NCBI GenBank assembly: GCA_028715175.1
Contig: JAQUSJ010000001.1
Span: 148,356-212,355, forward strand
Source: Candidatus Daviesbacteria bacterium
GTDB taxonomy: Bacteria > Patescibacteriota > Microgenomatia > Daviesbacterales > UBA10151
Direction: 5' to 3'
Length of the DNA stretch: 64,000 bases
Shown here: positions 59,330 through 64,000 of the stretch, one piece after another
How positions within the stretch are numbered: the stretch's first letter is position 1
Layout of the letters: each line of letters starts with the position of its first letter
The notes under the pieces: model-generated
Told to the model about the DNA's origin: nothing
Seen by the model: only the letters and a program-made list of their open reading frames with translations
The model's database searches: none
Made by a program: the position numbers and the translations under genes

Positions 59330-60889
59330 ATGCTTGCAAAAATAATCTCTGCTACGAATATTGGATTGGATGCAAATTTAGTCATTTGCGAAGTAGATAT
59401 TTCTCAACAAGGATTGCCTAGTTTTACGATAGTAGGACTTGGCGATAGGGCGGTAGAAGAGAGTAAAGAAAGGGTGCGAGCAGCATTTAGAAATTCTGGT
59501 GCAGATTTTCCTCTTCATAGAATTACTGTCAATTTAGCTCCGGCTGACATGCCAAAAGAAGGACCTGCTTATGATTTGCCTATTGCTTTAGGATTGCTTT
59601 TGGCATCAGGCCAAATAGCTAACACGGAAAAATTTGATTTTGCCAAAACTTTAATCGTAGGAGAACTGTCATTAGATGGAAATTTACGAAAAATCAACGG
59701 GGTGCTCCCTTTGGCAATACTAGCAAAAGAGCAAGGGATTAAACATATTGTTGTGCCGGAGAGGAATGGCCCGGAGGCAGCAATTATCGAAGATTTGAAA
59801 GTATTAGCCCCCAATTCGCTGCAACAGCTGATGAGGTTTTTACTGGGACAAGAAGATTTGAGGATCGTCCGAAAACCTGCTTTAAATCCGGAAGTAAATT
59901 TAACTTATGAATATGATTTTTTAGATATAAAAGGACAAGAGCAGGCAAAGAGGGCTTTGGAAATTGCTGCAGCAGGAGGACACAACGTTTTATTGAAAGG
60001 ACCTCCCGGAGCAGGAAAAACTATGCTGGCCCGCAGTTTTCCATCGATCTTGCCGCCGTTAACTTTTGATGAAGCAATAGAAGTAACAAAAATTTATTCT
60101 GTAGCAGGGCTTTTAAATACAAATAATTCGCTTATAACTATTCGGCCTTTTCGCTGTCCTCATCATAGCGCATCATATGTTGGATTGCTTGGAGGAGGCA
60201 ACATGATACGTCCAGGTGAAATCTCGCTTTCACACAGAGGTGTTTTGTTTCTGGATGAAGTGGCAGAATTTCCCCGTCAGAGTTTGGAAAGTTTACGGCA
60301 ACCTTTAGAAGATCATTGTATTACAATTTCCAGAGCATCAGGATCTATAAAACTTCCCGCACAATTTATTTTATTTGCTGCCCAAAATCCCTGTCCTTGC
60401 GGTTTTTTAGGTGATAAAAAAAGAGTTTGTGCATGTATGCCCGGGCAAATCGCTAAGTATAAACGTAGAATTTCCGGACCTTTCTTAGATAGAATTGATA
60501 TTTATCTGGAAGTACCTGCGGTTGAAGTTGAGAAATTATCATCGGATTTAAAGGTTGAAAGTTCCAGGGTAATTAGAAACAGGGTCGAAGCGGCAAGAAA
60601 GATTCAACAGGAAAGATTCCAACCAAAGGTTGGCCGTTCTCTGGACGGTAAAGTTAAGATTCTTACTAATTCGGAAATGAATAATAATGATATTAAAGCA
60701 TATTGTGTTTTAACCCGGGAAGGTTTGGAACTATTGAAAATGGCTATCTCTTCGCTTAATCTATCTGCCCGTGGTTATCATAGGGTTCTTAAACTCGGAA
60801 GGACAATTGCAGATTTGGCAGGGGTAGAAAATATTCAAGCTGAACACATAGCTGAAGCTTTGCAATACCGTTCAAGGGATGATCTTTAA
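59330..60889 (+). CDS. comM: YifB/ComM Mg-chelatase-like AAA ATPase
   Basis: ES.ERVR, NLAPAD..KEG..YDL, GPPGAGKT, RPGEISL.H.GVLFLDE, NPCPCG, LSARG. Confidence 0.95.
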   Translation: MLAKIISATNIGLDANLVICEVDISQQGLPSFTIVGLGDRAVEESKERVRAAFRNSGADFPLHRITVNLAPADMPKEGPAYDLPIALGLLLASGQIANTEKFDFAKTLIVGELSLDGNLRKINGVLPLAILAKEQGIKHIVVPERNGPEAAIIEDLKVLAPNSLQQLMRFLLGQEDLRIVRKPALNPEVNLTYEYDFLDIKGQEQAKRALEIAAAGGHNVLLKGPPGAGKTMLARSFPSILPPLTFDEAIEVTKIYSVAGLLNTNNSLITIRPFRCPHHSASYVGLLGGGNMIRPGEISLSHRGVLFLDEVAEFPRQSLESLRQPLEDHCITISRASGSIKLPAQFILFAAQNPCPCGFLGDKKRVCACMPGQIAKYKRRISGPFLDRIDIYLEVPAVEVEKLSSDLKVESSRVIRNRVEAARKIQQERFQPKVGRSLDGKVKILTNSEMNNNDIKAYCVLTREGLELLKMAISSLNLSARGYHRVLKLGRTIADLAGVENIQAEHIAEALQYRSRDDL

Positions 60890-60964
60890 TCACAAAAAAT
60901 CCCACTTGTCCAGTTACACCGGATTTTGCGGGATTTTTCGAAATGGTGAACGTTCACCGATTTT

Positions 60965-61102
60965 TTAGCCGCCGATTCGAAACATTGAGGTACCACAGAC
61001 CGGGCAAGTACCTTTCGAGGCCTTTTTACCATTTTTCATGGTTACTTCTTGTACATTTTCTGCGTCCCTTTTTGTTCGGCATTTGACACAATACATTTGC
61101 AT
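60965..61102 (-). CDS. Small zinc-ribbon protein (DUF5679-like); absent from the ORF track
   Basis: Manual translation: MQMYCVKCRTKRDAENVQEVTMKNGKKASKGTCPVCGTSMFRIGG*; GGGGGTGA SD-like motif upstream. Confidence 0.85.
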   Translation of the reverse strand: MQMYCVKCRTKRDAENVQEVTMKNGKKASKGTCPVCGTSMFRIGG

Positions 61103-61121
61103 GAGTTTAGTTCACCCCCCT

Positions 61122-61436
61122 TCAAAAAAAATTTAAAGTAAGAACATTATTTTTTACAAGCAAAAATAAAATAACCTCTGCGCCTATTGTGCAGGATGCG
61201 AATAGTAGAATTTTGAGTAAATCCTGGTGCAGATAGGTAAGGTCGGTAGATGAGTTGGTAGTTGGTCCGCCAACTGGCGGATGGTAGTTGGTAGTATGGG
61301 TAGTTTTTTGTATTTCTTCTTCCCTTACTACATAATGCTTGCTACTTGCTACCAATTCACGACCATAAACTTGTCTGCGAAGTAATTGTAAGCGTTTTTC
61401 AAGATCTGATTGTTTCTTGCTTTGTTGAATAGTCAT
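61122..61436 (-). CDS. Hypothetical protein with C-terminal TM and repeat-derived middle
   Basis: 104 aa; upstream TTGACA-17-TAGGCT on the minus strand. Confidence 0.7.
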   Translation of the reverse strand: MTIQQSKKQSDLEKRLQLLRRQVYGRELVASSKHYVVREEEIQKTTHTTNYHPPVGGPTTNSSTDLTYLHQDLLKILLFASCTIGAEVILFLLVKNNVLTLNFF

Positions 61437-61607
61437 GACTTTGAATTCTTACGCGTGAATTGAGCCTAGCACGATACGATGAGCCTGTCAAGCACCAACT
61501 GAATCTAAAACTACAGGTCATTTTTATATTTATACAGAATGTGACTTAAAAGTAACTTTGTTAATTGACAAAATTTGTTAAGGTAAGGTATATTTAAAGA
61601 GTAACTT

Positions 61608-62075
61608 ATGTATTCGGATTGGGTTGTTCCCGCAGCTGCGGGCGTTTTGTTGTTTTGGCTTGGAACTTTAAGTTTTTTAATCTGGAGACAGAATAAGTTT
61701 ATAACATCACTTTTTCCAAAATCAGGAGAAAGGGATATCAGGAAAAAATTTGAAGAGATCGTAAAAACGGTTGAGGGGTTTAAGAATGAATTATCTGATT
61801 TGGATGATAGGATTGAAGCAATAAGGCTTAAGGGGTTGCAACACGTACAAAGAGTGGAACTTTTACGCTTCAACCCTTATGACGAAACAGGAGGGAATAT
61901 AAGTTTTACGGCTTGTTTTTTGGATGATAAAGGATCGGGGATTGTGATAACAAGTTTACATGCGAGAAACGGAACCAGAGTATTTGGTAAAGAGATAGCT
62001 TCAGGAAAAAGCCTTAAATATGAGTTATCAAAAGAAGAAGAAGCGGTGATTAAAAAAGCAATGGAGAAGCAATGA
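61608..62075 (+). CDS. DUF4446-like membrane-anchored coiled-coil protein
   Basis: TM, RFNPY.ETGGN.SF..FLD..GSG.VITSLHAR..TR.FGK, LS.EE. Confidence 0.8.
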   Translation: MYSDWVVPAAAGVLLFWLGTLSFLIWRQNKFITSLFPKSGERDIRKKFEEIVKTVEGFKNELSDLDDRIEAIRLKGLQHVQRVELLRFNPYDETGGNISFTACFLDDKGSGIVITSLHARNGTRVFGKEIASGKSLKYELSKEEEAVIKKAMEKQ

Positions 62076-63256
62076 AAAATATTCTAAACATATTCAATAG
62101 TTTAACAAATTTACAAAAAATTTTAAGTTTGATTATTTTGGGAGTTATAATATACGGCGGTTCGGCAAGCATTTCTTATTCTTTGTTTAGAGCAATTTCC
62201 CGTCCGGTTGTTCCCGGCAAACAGGCTGCAGCTCCTACACTTCCTTCTCCCGCATCTGCCTTTATTGAAGATCCGAATGAGCCTAAAACCGAAAGTTGTC
62301 CGCTAAACGGTAGGAAACACACCAAAAAAGCCAAAGATTTCTGGGACAAAAGGCGGCCTCTTGCCGTGATGGTTGAAAATCATACAGAAGCAAGACCTCA
62401 ATCAGGGCTATCTTCTGCTGATGTGGTGTATGAGGCAGTTGCCGAAGGCGGAATCACCAGGTTTATGGCGTTATATTATTGCAATCTCTCGGATATTCAA
62501 GTCGGACCTGTCAGGTCGGCAAGGACTTATTACCTGGATTGGTTAAGTGAATATGACGCGCTATATGCGCATGTCGGAGGAGCTAATACTCCTGGTCCGG
62601 CTGATGCGCTCGGGCAGATTATTAAGTTTGGAACTAAAGATTTAAACCAATTTAGTATAGGGTTCCCTGTTTTTTGGAGAGATTATCAAAGACTGGGTCA
62701 TTCGGTTGCGACAGAACACACAATGTATTCTACAACGGCTAAGCTTTGGGAAGTAGGCGCAAAAAGAGGCTGGACCGCTACCGATTCGGCAGGAGTGAGA
62801 TGGGACAAGAATTTTGTTCCCTGGAAATTTAAGGATGACAAAGGCGGAGGTGGAGCGACAAATATAAAGGTTAATTTTTGGGAATCCCAGCCAGGATATG
62901 ATGTTAACTGGATTTATGATGCAGCCACCAATTCTTACAAGAGGAAGAATGGCGGGTCTGATCATATGGATTTGGACAATAATATGCAGCTCTCTGCAAA
63001 AAATATCGTTGTCCAGTTTGAGAGAGAATCAAACGCTAATGATGGCTATCCCGGGAATGTTCATCTGCTGTATGGAACTGTTGGCAGCGGTAAAGCATTA
63101 GTCTTTCAGGATGGAAATGCAATAGAAGGTAAATGGATTAAAGCAAATCGTCTGGCCAGAACGAAATATATTGATCAAAGCGGTAAAGAGATACAATTTA
63201 ATGGAGGTCAAATTTGGATTCAAACTGTCCCGGAGGGATCAAAGGTAAGTTACTAA
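62072..63256 (+). CDS. DUF3048 (YerB-like) extracytoplasmic protein
   Basis: RPLAVMVEN...ARPQSGL..AD.VYE..AEGGITR, GPVRSAR. Confidence 0.88.
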   Translation: MKNILNIFNSLTNLQKILSLIILGVIIYGGSASISYSLFRAISRPVVPGKQAAAPTLPSPASAFIEDPNEPKTESCPLNGRKHTKKAKDFWDKRRPLAVMVENHTEARPQSGLSSADVVYEAVAEGGITRFMALYYCNLSDIQVGPVRSARTYYLDWLSEYDALYAHVGGANTPGPADALGQIIKFGTKDLNQFSIGFPVFWRDYQRLGHSVATEHTMYSTTAKLWEVGAKRGWTATDSAGVRWDKNFVPWKFKDDKGGGGATNIKVNFWESQPGYDVNWIYDAATNSYKRKNGGSDHMDLDNNMQLSAKNIVVQFERESNANDGYPGNVHLLYGTVGSGKALVFQDGNAIEGKWIKANRLARTKYIDQSGKEIQFNGGQIWIQTVPEGSKVSY

Positions 63257-63301
63257 CCAATCCGCCAGCCGGCGGACTTTCTGCCCGGAAAGGAGGTTAA
63301 A

Positions 63302-63892
63302 ATGCTTGAGGAGTTATTTGTCTCAAGAGTCCGGGTAAAAATACTGCAACTTTTTTTATCTTCGTCTCAAGATTCGCTTTTTCATGTTCGTGAAATAGTC
63401 CGAAGAGTTTCAGAGGAAATTAACGCTGTCCGCAGGGAGCTTGCCAGGATGGAAAAATATGATATGGTTTCATCGGAATGGCGGGCAAACAGAAGGCTAT
63501 ATCGATTTAGAAGGGATTTTATCTATTATAAAGAACTTTTAGCATTGGTTGCTAAGACAACAGGGTTAGGTGGAAATTTGATAAAAAACAAACACAGTCT
63601 TGGAAAGATAAAATTCGCTTTCATATCAACAAAATTTTTGAAAGGTAATTTGGCTGCGACAGAAGACGTTAATGTTTTAATTGTTGGAAACGTTGTGTTG
63701 CCGGAACTGCAAGCTATTATCGCTGACGAACAAGCAAAAAGAGAAACAGAAATAAACTATTCCTTTATGGATGAAGCAGAATTTAGGTTTAGAGTAAAAA
63801 GACGGGATCCGTTTATTTTAAGAGTACTGGTTCAACCTAAAGTTATGTTGATCGGGGACGAGGATGAGTTATTGGAAGGGATTATTATTTGA
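63302..63892 (+). CDS. Winged-helix transcriptional regulator with degenerate nucleotidyltransferase-like C-domain
   Basis: LFVSRVRVKIL.LF, HVREI.R...INAVRREL, D.NVLIVG; SD AGGAGGT. Confidence 0.75.
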   Translation: MLEELFVSRVRVKILQLFLSSSQDSLFHVREIVRRVSEEINAVRRELARMEKYDMVSSEWRANRRLYRFRRDFIYYKELLALVAKTTGLGGNLIKNKHSLGKIKFAFISTKFLKGNLAATEDVNVLIVGNVVLPELQAIIADEQAKRETEINYSFMDEAEFRFRVKRRDPFILRVLVQPKVMLIGDEDELLEGIII

Positions 63893-63894
63893 GC

Positions 63895-64000
63895 ATGAGG
63901 TCAAGATATTTGCTTTGGATTATTGTCATTCTCCTTTTCTTTGCTGTTTTGATAGATCTTCCGGTTTCACCGACGATTAAAATACTAAATAAAAATTTGA
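63895..64000 (+). CDS. N-terminus of a membrane protein, possibly SecD (partial)
   Basis: MRSRYLLWIIVILLFFAVLIDLP... runs to the window end. Only one TM is visible. Confidence 0.45.
   Translation, partial: MRSRYLLWIIVILLFFAVLIDLPVSPTIKILNKNL

Noticed and set aside
60895-60938. Hairpin between comM and the zinc-ribbon gene as a novel RNA
   Set aside because: AAAAATCCC...GGGATTTTT between convergent genes is adequately explained as a bidirectional terminator.

Overview
A core housekeeping region of an AT-rich bacterium using genetic code 11. It is most likely Patescibacteria/CPR, Microgenomates-like. That is an inference from the missing rpmD (L30) between rpsE and rplO, a minimal ~260-nt RNase P RNA, an AAA-only Lon and the long charged ribosomal-protein tails. 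Gene order: RGG-tailed CDS end, lon', rnj, ftsK, tsaC, hicBA, alaS, a baseplate-J-like membrane protein, sortase, ruvX, mltG, rpoBC, the str/S10/spc/alpha ribosomal superoperon through rplM-rpsI, a phosphomannomutase, metK with a SAM-I-type riboswitch, tRNA-Pro(GGG), recA-recX-rny-hup, three GT-C glycosyltransferases, miaA, rnpB and comM. The unusual signal is below gene scale. (1) Several families of short palindromic REP/RPE-like elements recur between genes, in frame inside essential proteins (L3, L4, S12, AlaRS, RecX, MiaA, ComM) and as apparent stems of ncRNAs (SAM riboswitch, rplC leader, RNase P). (2) 7-nt-period arrays, often as inverted arms around an A-rich spacer, make up ribosomal-protein tails and include a perfect (TGGAAAA)5 in miaA. 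(3) A GreA coiled-coil-only gene sits inside the str operon. (4) Many genes look leaderless. No CRISPR array, transposase or prophage was seen.
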